64,000 nucleotides of DNA, from NCBI RefSeq assembly GCF_006345805.1, contig NC_043015.1, positions 33,108,001-33,172,000 on the forward strand, read 5' to 3'. The notes under the pieces were generated by a model. The model was not told where the DNA came from, did not search any database, and saw nothing but the letters and a program-made list of their open reading frames with translations. This document shows positions 23,473 to 35,419 of this stretch, piece after piece. Within the stretch, counting starts at the first letter, position 1; every line of letters begins with the position of its first letter. A program made the translations under genes and the position numbers. Source of the DNA: Octopus sinensis (taxonomy: Eukaryota).

Positions 23473-24429
23473 AACTCAGAGAGTTGCGACTCATGTTACA
23501 GAGGCGTCAGGTGATGCCCATTAGGGTGCTTGGCTGTTCTAACACCTTAGCCTTGCCATCATCTGTGGTAATGCCATAAGCATGTTGGTCTGCTTCAGTA
23601 GGTTCCATTGAAATTTGTGGTTTGTGACTAATTGCGGTACCTGGTGTTCAATTGACGTTTTTTCTATTTTCTTTTTTTCTTTGTTTTCTTTTCTTTCCTT
23701 GTTCCTCTTTTCTCATTTATTTTTCTCCCAGTTTTGAATTTATATTTTCAATGCGGTTTTGTATTTTATATATATATATCATATACATACATGTTATATT
23801 CCAATAAAATGTCAAGGAAGATAATTCCAATAATATGATAATATAATTGAATTTTGGAAAAATGACTCAACTCTGTAGATAAGTCTGGAACTTGTCTTTG
23901 AAGCTAACAGCAAAAGAAATGTTTCAGTTTTACGTAAACCATTCTTTGATGCATATTTAGCTCAATCAATTAGAAATAATATAGAGTGAGTAGAGATTAT
24001 TTAGGCTAATTAATAACATAGATAAACTTAATCAGAGTTCTTCAACTTGCTGTTTTATTTTTGTGAAGCCCAACCAAATGTTAATAGGTAACAGCCTCAG
24101 GTGTGAAATGGATGGTGATGGGGTGGAGGTCAGAAACTGTTGAAGTCTGTTCAATGGTCCCTAACTGTAATTCAAAGGTTCAGCTGTGCCACATACTGTG
24201 TCAAGGGTACATGGGCCTGTGAAATATTCAGTCACTTTGTACTGAAATACTATGAATAGATGAATCAGTTGATCAAACACTAGAATACCCATCGTTATAA
24301 GTGGTTGAAGGATACATTTATTGTATCTGAAAGCATATAAGACACACTTATTTTTCTTCCCAAAATGTGTTTTTAAAAAAATTGCCCTTGGGACCTGTAT
24401 GTGAAGTTGCTTTAAATATTTATTTCAGG

Positions 24430-24625
24430 TTTTGGCACAATGCCAGCAATTTCAGGGAGGGGCTAAGTTGATTACATCAACCCCAGTACTCAACAGGTGT
24501 TTTATTTTATCAACCCGTAAAGGACAAAGGACAAAGCTGACCTTGGTGGAATTTGGCCTCAGAATATGAAGACAGATGACATGCTGCTTAGCATTGCACC
24601 CAGTGTGTTGATGATTCTGCCAGTT
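24430..24625 (-). mobile_element. tRNA-derived SINE, family 4, diverged
   Basis: Diverged version of the GCCTTTCATCCTTTCGGGGTCGATAAA..AAGTACCAG central domain seen in 47316-47546. Confidence 0.7.
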
Positions 24626-25384
24626 CAACACCTGAAAGTTACTTCAAATATTACCTGCTTTAATACATTACATATTTTATGCCTTTATATGGTGCTTACA
24701 CAATGCTGTATATCACCACAACATACACCATCACACTATATAAACAGTGGGTTGACATACAGCTTACTGTCATAAGATAGTGACAATGAAATACCTTTAA
24801 AAAAAATGAAAGTCTACTGTGACAGAAACTGTAATGACAATGATATACCAAAATTCCATGAAACACATTTGATATCCAATGAGTGGGTTTCCTTTGTAGG
24901 ACTTGGCAACTTCTATACTCATGAAGTTGTCAAACCATTGAACTCAGTTTTGTTCATCCAAATTTAATTTTCTATTCGCTACAGTACTATTACTACTGTT
25001 CTATTGACTATTGTTCTATTGACTATTGTACTATGACAGCTGATCTATATGTACAGCTGACTACAGCACTGTATTTACTGCCCCACCACAGTGATTGGTA
25101 CTGCATTACTACAGTACAGAGCATATGATGACTTATTCTACACGGGGCCAGTACAGAAAAATAAGGTTAGATTTTATCTGTTACACGACCTGCTAGACAT
25201 AGCAGCCAAATAGCCATCAATTCACATCCTGCCATCTTTAAAAACTGTGACTCCACACTGGATGGGTCTATGGGTCTAATTGGTCTGTTTACTGTTACAG
25301 TACAGTGGGGTTATGTTAATATCACCATCATCATCATCATCATTTAATGTTCGTTTTTTTCATGCTGACTTGTGTTGGAGAGTT

Positions 25385-25800
25385 TAATAGGGTCTGATGA
25401 AGAAAGGCTGAAGACGCTCGACCTTTATTCTCTAGAAAAACGACAACGCCGTGGAGATCTCATTCTTGCTCACAACATCATAAGCGGAAAGTGTAACCTC
25501 TCGAAAGAGCTGTTCTTCACTCCTACTCCAGAGCGTCGGCTGCGGGGTCACTCCGAATAGCTCTATCAGCGACGATTTCATCTCAATCGAAGGAGAGGGG
25601 CTTTCTCCGTCCAGGTTGCGGATCCGTGGAATAAGCTACCGGACGAGATAGTGAAGATGCCGACGACCGCTTGGTTCAAAGTCTCCCTTGACCACAAATG
25701 GCCTGAACTCTTTACATGAACACCACCCTGTACATAACTCCATGTTCCCCTACATGGCCTTGCTTTTTGCTTTTTGAGCCAAAAAATTAACTAACTAACT
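25385..25800 (+). mobile_element. CR1 LINE 3' end
   Basis: EERLKTLDLYSLEKRQRRGDLI...LRGHSE*L...R.GAFSVQV..PWNKLPDEIV...FKVSLD; (AACT)n tail at ~25788-25800. Confidence 0.92.
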
Positions 25801-25824
25801 GATGAATTGCTGAGCTGTGTCAGG

Positions 25825-26125
25825 TCCCATTACAGTACAGCCTAATTAGTCTGCTTACTAATCATGATGTTACAGTATAGTCTAGTAGTCTGCCAACAGT
25901 GATGCTACAGTACAGTTCTGTACAGTTGCAGTACGGTTTAATTAGTCAGACCAACTTGGTGAAGATACAGTTTTGTTATGTCACAGTACAGTCTAATTAG
26001 TCTGTTGTAGTGCTGCAGTACAGTCTAATTAATTTGTGTATAGTGGGGTCACAGTACAGTTAAATCGCATCGTGTGTAATGTAGTGTTACAGTACAGTGA
26101 GTAATTTAGTCTGTATTGTAACACT
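25825..26125. repeat. Degenerate ~40-bp minisatellite (TTACAGTACAGTCTAATTAGTCTG core)
   Basis: ACAGTACAG recurs about every 35-45 bp. Confidence 0.65.
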
Positions 26126-26305
26126 ACAAAAGTGAAGTAGTTGATACGTCTCTTAGGAAACCATTAACTGAAGCTTTGATCAATTTATTGATCTCCTATG
26201 AGTGTTTTGCTGTATGGTTGCACACAACACACACACACACACACACACACACTACACACACACACACACACACTACACACACAAACATACAGACACACAC
26301 ACACA

Positions 26306-26342
<37 letters not shown>

Positions 26343-26368
26343 CACACACATATATATACATACATACA

Positions 26369-26402
<34 letters not shown>

Positions 26403-26789
26403 CATACACACTCACAAACATATATATATATAAAAGTACTTGTTTCTTTCATACATGTTCACACACATATACAGTATCACATATACTAGTTCACAACATT
26501 TAGTACACATGTGTATAAGTGTATGTATATACTTATTTGTATAAATATACTAATATAAGTATTGAGTTCTTTTGATCCTCAGAGAAGTCATGGCCATCAT
26601 CCATATGGATGGAAAAATGATTAATGCATGTATGTGTGTGTGTGTGTGTGTGTGTCTATATACATATATATAGAGACACATATTTGATTGTGTACATATG
26701 AATATATGTATACGTCTGCATGTGCATGGATATATAAGTGCATGCATGTGTGTACATGTATGTGCTTGTAAGCATGTTTACTGTATTAT

Positions 26790-26950
26790 AGGCACAAGCA
26801 TGACCGTGTGGTAAGAAGCTTGCCTTGCGACCACGTTCCTAGGTTCAGTCCCACTGTGAAACACCTTGGGCAAGTGTTTTCTACTATAGCTTCAGGTTGA
26901 CCAAAGCCTTGTAAATAGATTTGCTAGACAGAAACTGAAAGAAGTACGTT
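26790..26950 (+). mobile_element. SINE family 1 head and core
   Basis: GTGTGGTAAGAAGCTTG, GGTTCAGTCCC, CCTTGGGCAAGTGTTTTCTACTATAGC. Confidence 0.85.
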
Positions 26951-26966
26951 GTGTGTGTATATATAT

Positions 26967-27330
26967 CATCATCATCATCATCATCATCATTTAATGTCCG
27001 CTTTCCATGCTAGCATGGGTTGGACGATTTGACTGAGATCAGGGGAACCAGATGGCTGCACCAGGTCCAATCTGATCCGGCAGAGTTTCTACAGCTGGAT
27101 GCCCTTCCTAATGCCAACCACTTCGAGAGTGTAGTGGGTGTTTTTACATGCCACCATCACGAGGGCCAGTCAGATGGTACTGGCAACGGCCACGCTCAAA
27201 TGGTGCTTTTTATGTCCCACCTGCACAAGTGCTAGTAGGCAACACATGTAATGATCATGCTCAAATGGTGTTTTTAACGTGCCATTGGCTCGGAGGCTAG
27301 CTTGTTGCTCTGGCCACGATCTCACTCATA
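26967..27330 (-). mobile_element. RTE 3'UTR-type repeat with (GAT)n tail
   Basis: (CAT)n then TTTAATGTCCGCTTTCCATGCTAGCATGGGTTGG...GGATGCCCTTCCTAATGCCAACC; same family as 17222-17600. Confidence 0.8.
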
Positions 27331-27432
27331 TGGTTCTCTTAGTGCTCTACTAGCATGGATGCCAGTCATTAAATTTGATTTCAATTTCGATTTCACTTGC
27401 CTCAATAAGTCTTCGCAAGCAGAGTGTCTTCA

Positions 27433-27473
<41 letters not shown>

Positions 27474-27579
27474 TCATGGTCAAAAACAAAAAGAGAAATT
27501 AACTGGACTGGCCTCAATGATTAGTGATCAAGTAACTTATGAACAGCCTATAAGGACTTAATTGGATGGATCAATCTGG

Positions 27580-28006
27580 AAGACATGGGACAAAGTACAC
27601 CCAGGAAGATATTGGACGAAGTACAGAAGGATGACCTAAGAATACTGAACCTTTTGGACGAGATAACAAAAGACCAAGATACGTGGCACCTTGCTGTACT
27701 CAGGAAGACCTGTCCTCCTCCACAACAGAAGTGTTAAGGCTGCACCCCCTGGTGAAGAGGATTGGTCCGTAAGAGTTCCCTGTGCTGGTGCCACATGAAA
27801 AGCAGTTGTACCAATGCCATGTAAAAGAGTGCTCATGCTAGTGCCATGTTAGAAGCACCCAGCACACATTGTAAAGTGGTTGGTATTAGGAAGGGCACCC
27901 AGCAATAGAAACCAAGCCAAATCAGGCTGAAACCTGGTGCCACTCTCCAGCTTGCCAGCTTTGGTCAAACTGTCCAACCCATGCCAGCATGGAAAACAGA
28001 TATCAA

Positions 28007-28045
<39 letters not shown>

Positions 28046-28050
28046 GTGGT
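27580..28050 (+). mobile_element. RTE LINE 3' end with (GAT)n tail
   Basis: PRKILDEVQKDDLRILNLLDEITKDQDTWHLAVLRKT then UTR GTGGTTGGTATTAGGAAGGGC...CCAACCCATGCCAGCATGGAAAAC..(GAT)n. Confidence 0.8.
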
Positions 28051-28413
28051 GGTGATGATATATTTATATATATATCAAGGCCATAGTGGAGGCTGAGTAC
28101 AGTTACATTGAGTAAAAGGTTATCTCCCAGCCATAATCTGGTTGATATTTTTTTGTTTTTTTTAAATACATTTAATTTTGGATGGGATACTGTGTTTTCT
28201 TTTCCTTTTATGCAAACCGTCAAATTTAACCCAAACACCCAGTACACACACACACACACATTATTCGTGGACATACATTCTTGGCAGCTTGTTTGGTTAT
28301 TAAATTACTAATATGATAACTGTTTTTCTTCAATGATTTATTGTACTACAAAATTTATCTGCAAATATTAGCCAAAACAATTTTTTAATCTTTTAATAAA
28401 GAGGAAAGAGAAA

Positions 28414-28612
28414 GGTGGTGAGCTGGCAGAAACGTTAGCCTGATGGGCGGCATTTCTTCTGTCTTTACGTTCTGAGTTCAAATTCCGCCGAGGTCAACTT
28501 TGCCTTTCATTCTCTCGTGGTCGATAAATTAAGTACCAGTTGTGTACTGGGTTGATCTAATCAACTGGCCCCCTCCCCCAAAATTTCAGGCCTTGTGCCT
28601 AGAGTAGAAAAG
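28414..28612 (+). mobile_element. tRNA-derived SINE, family 4
   Basis: GGTGGTGAGCTGGCAGAAACG, GAGTTCAAATTCC (B-box), GAGGTCAACTTTGCCTTTCAT...GATAAATTAAGTACCAG. Confidence 0.88.
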
Positions 28613-29288
28613 AGGAAAGAGGAACCTTTTGTGAGACCTTTGAGACTGAAACAAGAGAGGGAAGAAGGTGTCTATCTTAACTCAAGACCTGGCCCGAATG
28701 CTTGCTAAAGGTATATACCCAAGGTACCAGTTATTGAATTTAAACTTTTAAATCAGGCAGCACTGAATGCCTACCACTCAAGGAAAAGCTGTGGCAGAAT
28801 TCAAACTACAAATATAAAAAGCAACAACAAACACTGCAAGAGATCTAATTCAATGTTCTTAATGTTATGCTAATTCAACAGACTTTACAGTGTGAAGTGG
28901 GTGCTTTTAACAGGGCACCGACATGAGTTTTCGTACTTGGCATTGGTATGAGTGCTTTTTACATGGCAACGGCAAAGGGTTCTTGCAGGACTAACCTCTT
29001 CGCTGAGGGGAGCAGCATTAACGCTTCTGCTGAGGAGGATGAACGTTGAAGTATACCCATCGCATGATAGTTGTAAATGAGTGTCACTTTCATACGAGAG
29101 GTGTCATTGATTTTCAATGGTCTGTGGAAACATATTTGGTGATGAGGGAAAATTATTTTGCTTTGGAAACAATTGAAGGTTGACAACAGGAAGAGCATCC
29201 AGTTGTTGAAAATCTGCCTCAGTAAACTTAGTCTGACTCGTGCAACCATAGAGGAGTGGACATTAATATGCTGATGATAATGCCTATA

Positions 29289-29343
<55 letters not shown>

Positions 29344-29345
<2 letters not shown>

Positions 29346-29545
29346 CCGTGAGTGTACCGTTGGCGATTTTTTTCCTCTGTCTTCCCTTCTTTGGATCTTT
29401 CCTTTTCCTATGTTTCTGACGAAGAGCTCCGCTCGAAACGTTAAACCCTCCTTCTTTCCTTCTTTCCTGAGTGTCCAATAATACTATACTTGTTCCACGT
29501 CCTCACGTTGTTGTGTTTTCTCTTTGTGTTTTCATGTTTGGATTA

Positions 29546-29550
<5 letters not shown>
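29344..29550 (+). mobile_element. ~205-bp non-autonomous hammerhead-bearing element (Penelope pLTR/retrozyme-like) within (TA)n
   Basis: Pyrimidine-rich element flanked on both sides by (TA)n and containing the hammerhead at 29412-29446. Confidence 0.65.
29412..29446 (+). ncRNA. Minimal type I hammerhead ribozyme, intact core
   Basis: GUUU CUGACGA A GAGC UCC GCUC GAAA CG UU AAAC: stem I GUUU/AAAC, stem II GAGC/GCUC, palindromic ACGU stem III, GUU cleavage triplet. Confidence 0.8.
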
Positions 29551-29588
<38 letters not shown>

Positions 29589-29924
29589 TATCATTATTAT
29601 TTAAAGGTCACAATATATGTATTAAAGCACTACTAATAGTTTCATGTGTTGAGAGAACTCAAACATATTCTTTAGGTGCAAACCACATATCATAACGAAC
29701 TACAAAAAATTGAATAGAAGAAATGCGAAGAAGCTGAGAAGGCAGCATACAAAAGATGCTGACAAATAAACAACGGAAAACGGAAAACAGAAAACGGTGT
29801 CAAAAGGTAAAGAGTGCTATCCACCTTAGGCTTTAAATGCAAACACAGTTCTATATTTAAGAGATGAGGAATTATGTTCATTATTTACAATTGACAGATA
29901 TTTGTCCTCATCTTGTTTATTGTT

Positions 29925-29970
29925 AACACAACGTTTTGGCTGATATACCCTCCAGCTTTCTTCAGGTGTC
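29925..29970 (-). ncRNA. Type I hammerhead motif, inactivated copy
   Basis: GACAC CUGAAGA A AGCUG GAGGGUAUAU CAGCC AAAA CG UU GUGUU: stem I GACAC/GUGUU; G12>A (at a CpG) and G10.1>A relative to the canonical core. Confidence 0.7.
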
Positions 29971-30017
29971 TTGGGGAAATTTTGAATCTGGGTTCTCATT
30001 CCTAAGGTATTTTTTGA

Positions 30018-30018
<1 letters not shown>

Positions 30019-30053
<35 letters not shown>

Positions 30054-30073
30054 TATTATTATTATTATCATTA

Positions 30074-30104
<31 letters not shown>

Positions 30105-30281
30105 CATTATTATTATTATTATTATTATCATTATTATTATTATTATTATAGTATTATTATTATTATCATTATAGTATTATTATTATTATCATATTATTAT
30201 TATTATTATTATATCATTATTATTATATTATTAGTATTATTATTATTATCATTATTAGTATTATTATTATCATTATTATTA

Positions 30282-30332
<51 letters not shown>

Positions 30333-30419
30333 CATTATTAGTATTATTATTATTATCATTATTATTATTATTATTATAGTATTATTATTATTATCATTAT
30401 TAGTATTATTATTATTATC

Positions 30420-30457
<38 letters not shown>

Positions 30458-30699
30458 ATCATTATTAGTATTATATTATTATATTATTATTATTATTATT
30501 ATTATCATTATTATTATATTATTATATTAGTATTATTATATTATCATTATTAGTATTATTATTATTATCATTATTATTATTATTATTATCATTATATTAT
30601 TATATTATTAGTATTATTATTATTATCATTATTAGTATTATTATTATTATCATTATTATTATTATTATTATTATCATTATTATTATTATTATTATTATC

Positions 30700-30737
<38 letters not shown>

Positions 30738-30762
30738 CATTATTATTATTATTATTATTATC

Positions 30763-30800
<38 letters not shown>

Positions 30801-30831
30801 CATTATTAGTATTATTATTATTATCATTATT

Positions 30832-30874
<43 letters not shown>

Positions 30875-30944
30875 TTATTAGTATTATTTTATTATCATTA
30901 TAGTATTATTATTATTATCATTATTATTATTATTGTTATTGTTA
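30019..30944. repeat. (ATT)n array with periodic AGT/ATC variants
   Basis: Direct reading; recurrent AGTATTATTATTATTATCATT unit. Confidence 0.97.
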
Positions 30945-31104
30945 TGTTCAGGTCACTGCTTGGAATCGAACTCGGAATCTTGAGGTTAGTAGCCCGCACT
31001 CTTAGCTACTATGCCATATGCCCGAAGGCATATGGCATAGTGGTTAAGAGCGCGGGCTACTAACCCCAAGATTCTGAGTTCGATTCCAAGCAGTGACCTG
31101 AACA
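30945..31104. repeat. 78-bp inverted repeat of two head-to-head tRNA-like SINE heads
   Basis: Arms 30945-31022 and 31027-31104, loop CGAA, 5 differences (3 are G:U-compatible in the + transcript). Right arm has A-box TGGCATAGTGG (31033-31043) and B-box GAGTTCGATTCC (31076-31087). Confidence 0.92.
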
Positions 31105-31236
31105 ACAATAATAAAAATAAATAATTTTTCTTATTATTACATTTTTACATGATTAAATCCCACTCTTTTTCTGCTTTGTTTGTCCTGTACCATTCCCAGT
31201 CTTTCATATAAACCCTTAGTGGTGAATAAAGGAAAG

Positions 31237-31272
<36 letters not shown>

Positions 31273-31296
31273 GTTAGTAGTAGTAGTAGTAATGAC

Positions 31297-31336
<40 letters not shown>

Positions 31337-31341
31337 ATGAC

Positions 31342-31381
<40 letters not shown>

Positions 31382-31386
31382 ATGAC

Positions 31387-31458
<72 letters not shown>

Positions 31459-31460
31459 TA
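31237..31460. repeat. (ATT)n(AGT)n microsatellite
   Basis: Direct reading. Confidence 0.95.
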
Positions 31461-31582
31461 TTAAAATAAAGGCACAGATGTCAGGGGGTCACTCAGCCAC
31501 TTATACTGAAATTCAATGATTAGATCCATCAGTTGATAAAAAAAATTGGAATACCCAACAAAGATCTGAGAATAACTGTATG

Positions 31583-31627
<45 letters not shown>

Positions 31628-32114
31628 ATGCGTGTGTGTGTGTGTGGTGTGTGTGTGTATGTGTGTGTTTTGTTGTGTGTAGTGGCAATAGTGTCCCACC
31701 ACAGTTCTAATCACTGCTTCACTGCAAGTAGGATGGTTTTTTGCCAGGAGGAGGGTGTGATATCTCAGTTCTGGCACAGGAGAGGAAACGTAGCAAAGTT
31801 GGAAATGTAAAGTTGCCAAAAGATAATTCTAAAGACTGTCAGGTTCAGCATTCACGGCAACTATGAAGGTGGCGGTGGTGGTGGTGGTCATGTGTGGAAG
31901 TGATTGTGGAAGTGGTGAGGTGGTGGTGGTGGTAAGAGGAAGTGATTGTGGAAGTAGTGAGGTGGTGGTGGTGGTGGTGGTGGTGGTGGTGGTAGAGTCC
32001 GTAGTGGTGGTGGTCTCTCCAGTTGCGACAGTAGTAGTCACTATATTGCTGTGATTGTAAATACCTAACCCACATTTACTGTGCTTCTCAGCTGACAGCA
32101 GATGAGAGACAAAG

Positions 32115-32393
32115 AAACTAAGACATATGGAACTCCTTGCAACACCAAAGATGAACTGAAGGCAAGAATTATGGCATCATTCACCAACTTAAACAAAGAG
32201 ACCATCCAGAAGAGTTGCAGGAGATTCTGAAGTCATCTAGAGGCTGCGGTTGAAGCCAATGGATGATTTTATTGAATAAATTTACTCTTTAGTATTTCAC
32301 GATATTTTTATTTAATTTTGGTAAATATATTTGTTAAAATGAAATGCCAGTGTTATTTTCATTTTTGCATAATTTAGATGACAATTTATTCAG

Positions 32394-32400
<7 letters not shown>
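32115..32400 (+). mobile_element. Tc1/mariner transposase C-terminal remnant with probable TIR
   Basis: TPCNTKDELKARIMASFTNLNKETIQKSCRRF*SHLEAAVEANG; ends GACAATTTATTCAGCTCA|TA. Confidence 0.7.
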
Positions 32401-32435
<35 letters not shown>

Positions 32436-33327
32436 ATATATATATACATACACACACATACACACAAATTTTGACTATGAGGTTTGCAAACTTTGGAACA
32501 CTAGCTGTTAAGCTGGATTAACCAGTAGAACAGAACACGCATCACCATGCACTTGCAACATGGAGCTATTGTGCAACATTACACCACAAAGTGAAACTAG
32601 ACAGGGAACTACAAGAGGAAAATACTTCATAAAATTGCAGAAAAAAATACAAAGATTAATTATGGAAACCACACTCATATCGTAATACAATGCCAAAATT
32701 GACTTTCAAACATAAACATCAAAAAATTAACACTGGCGAGAGAGTGAAAAAAAATATAAAAAAACCAACACTCAAAATTTGACTGCAACTAATCAACAGG
32801 TGATTGGTGATGCATGACACTAATGGGGGGGGGGGACATTTGGCAGCAAAGAATGTAACACTTCTGCCCACTGAAATGTGGATGTTCTGTTAGAACAAAC
32901 TATACTGCAGTAGAAACCACAAGAGAGACTCTCATATTGGCTTTTGGTGCAAAAATGCACTCTTGTTTATATCACTAACGGAAAGGTAAATCTTGCCATT
33001 TCCAGTGCTGAGACCACCAGATCACATGATTTCTACCTTCCATGGTCTCATCAATGATGGACACTCAGCTGCTAGAGGTAACAGCAACTTTTCTCTCTGA
33101 ATAGAAAAACAGTACCAGAACAGGTGCTGGTATTACATTGGCCAGTTTGCTTGTTAAAGAATATATATTAGTGACAGGGGCAGTGTTAATCCGAAGAGGT
33201 AATATTTATCCCCACTTAAACATTGATGTTGTTAGAACAAATATACATATATAAACATATACACATATATAAATATAAATATATACACATATATACATAA
33301 ATATATACTTGTCTGCAACAAGTACAG

Positions 33328-33730
33328 CAAAGAATTCAGGGTACAAGTAGGGGTTCATCAAGGATTGATCCTCAGCCACCCCACCCCGCTTGTTCATCAT
33401 AGTCCTCCTGGCAATAACAGAGGAATTCAAGACAGGCTGCACCTGGGAGCTCCTCTATGCTGATGACCTTGTTCTTATAGCTGAATTACTATCAGAACTA
33501 AAGAAAAAGTTTCAGATGTGGAAGCAAGATCTAGAATTGAAAGGCCTTAGAGTTAACCGAGCAGAAACCAAAGTTTTAGTAAGCAGGAAGGTAGACAAAT
33601 CACGAATCCCTTCAGGTAGATGGCCCTGCTCAATCTGTAGAAAAGGCATAGGTAGAAACTCCATAAGATGCACCCAGTGTAAGCTATGGACACATAAGAG
33701 GTGCAGCAATATCAGAGGAAGTTAACAGGG
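33328..33730 (+). mobile_element. RTE reverse transcriptase fragment with Cys/His (PHD-like) insert
   Basis: EFRVQVGVHQG..LS, frameshift, LFIIVL...WELLYADDLVL...GLRVN..ETK...WPCSICRKGIGRNSIRCTQCKLWTHKRCS. Confidence 0.93.
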
Positions 33731-33779
33731 AAACGCTGTTCCTTCATTTCAGGCATCACAAAAATCGACGAACAGGGGA

Positions 33780-33953
33780 GAAGCACTGCAAAACAAAGAT
33801 GCATTATGTGGCAGTAGGACTCCACCAGACAATGCCAGTCAGCAGACTGATGCCTGAGGATTGCATCAAGTGGCTTCTAATGGTGGAAGCCCAAACTACA
33901 ACAGGCTTGTCCCACAGAGAACGTTTCTGATTACTTTTGGGTACCCCCTTATA
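33780..33953 (-). mobile_element. Mariner-type terminus (TIR)
   Basis: Minus strand TA|TAAGGGGGTACCCAAAAGTAATCAGAAACG resembles mariner TIRs. Confidence 0.5.
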
Positions 33954-34611
33954 TAAATATATATAATACACACACACACACACACATACACACAATTATA
34001 TATGCATGTATAGGATTGTGTATAATCCTCGTTGAAGGCATATTAAATATGAGTGGTCAATTGGAAAAGCAAAGCTTGCCATTGCTACCAGTGGCAGAAA
34101 TAAGTGAAGGAAAGAGTGGATATTTTCAAAAAAGCATGCATTTTCTTGCAGAATTTAAGCGAGCTGTTTGAAAACACACTGACAGTGTAGTGAATGGGAG
34201 GAAGCTTGGTCTACAATACCACCAGGCATGTATGTTTATGAAGAAGTGAGCTAATAAGTTCTCAGCGGAGCCACAAGTGTAAAGTATAAATTTGACTGAA
34301 CGCACCATGTTCTGAATGGTCAGTGATGGACTTCCTAAAACTTGACTGGACAGCCATCATCATGATCATCATGGACGTATGTATGCATATACAACTACAA
34401 TATACGGAAGGAAATTTTTGTTGTTTCCACGGTAGAGTGCGATGCGAGGGGGTGGTTAAATTAAGCGTTACTGTGGCTGTTTGTGTCATAGTTCTCTGTG
34501 TTATAGTTACTACCACTACAGCTGTCACTGTATTATCGACTAAACTCTTGAAGGCAATGTGCCAGTATGGCAGCGGTCCAATGACCGATAACACAAAAAG
34601 AATAAAGAATA

Positions 34612-35150
34612 TGCATGTATGCATGTATGCATGTATGTATGTATGTATGTATGTATGTATGTATGTATGTGTGTGTGTATGTATGTATGTATGTAGGTAT
34701 GTATGTATGTATGTATGTATGTATGTATGTATGTATGTATGTATGTATGTATGTATGTATGTATGTATGTGTGTGTGTGTATGTATGTATGTATGTATGT
34801 ATGTGTGTATGTATGTATGTATGTAGGTATGTATGTATGTATGTATGTTTGTATGTATGTATGCATGTGTGTATGTATGTATGTACGTATGTATGTATGC
34901 ATGTATGTATGCATGTATGTATGTATGTATGTATGCATGTATGTGTGTATGTATGTATGTATGTATGTATGTATGTATGTATGTATGTATGTATGTTTGT
35001 ATGTATGTATGTATGTTTGTATGTATGTATGCATGTGTGTATGTATGTATGTACGTATGTATGTATGCATGTATGTATGTATGTGTGTATGTATGTACGT
35101 ATGTATGTATGTGTGTATGTATGTACGTATGTATGTACGTATGTAGGAAT
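34612..35150. repeat. (TATG)n microsatellite
   Basis: Direct reading. Confidence 0.97.
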
Positions 35151-35419
35151 ACATGCATTATATGTAATATGTATGATTGTTATGATGCACAATGTCGCAC
35201 CAAGTGCAATATTGTGCAACAAGTGTATAGTTAGGTGTAGGTTGTTCAAACATTGGATGTGCAAAAACATAATTCACAGACCTCAACCCTATTTGATAAC
35301 ACTGGGTATTTTATTGTTCCTTTTCAGGATTATGCTATAATGCTTATAATTATAGGGATAACATACACGTATGCTAATATTTATAGCAATATCATAAATG
35401 AGTTATAACGTTTTTCACT

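Larger units (their letters stand above)
29845..31022 (-). mobile_element. Composite element: tRNA-like head + (AAT)n spacer + hammerhead-containing tail
   Basis: Minus strand: head 31022-30945 (A-box-like TGGCATAGTAG, B-box GAGTTCGATTCC), ~920 bp (AAT)n-type array, then CATCAAAAAATACCTTAGGAATGAGAACCC...hammerhead 29970-29925...CTTAAATATAGAACTG. Linkage of the parts is inferred from contiguity and my recollection of this repeat. Confidence 0.6.
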
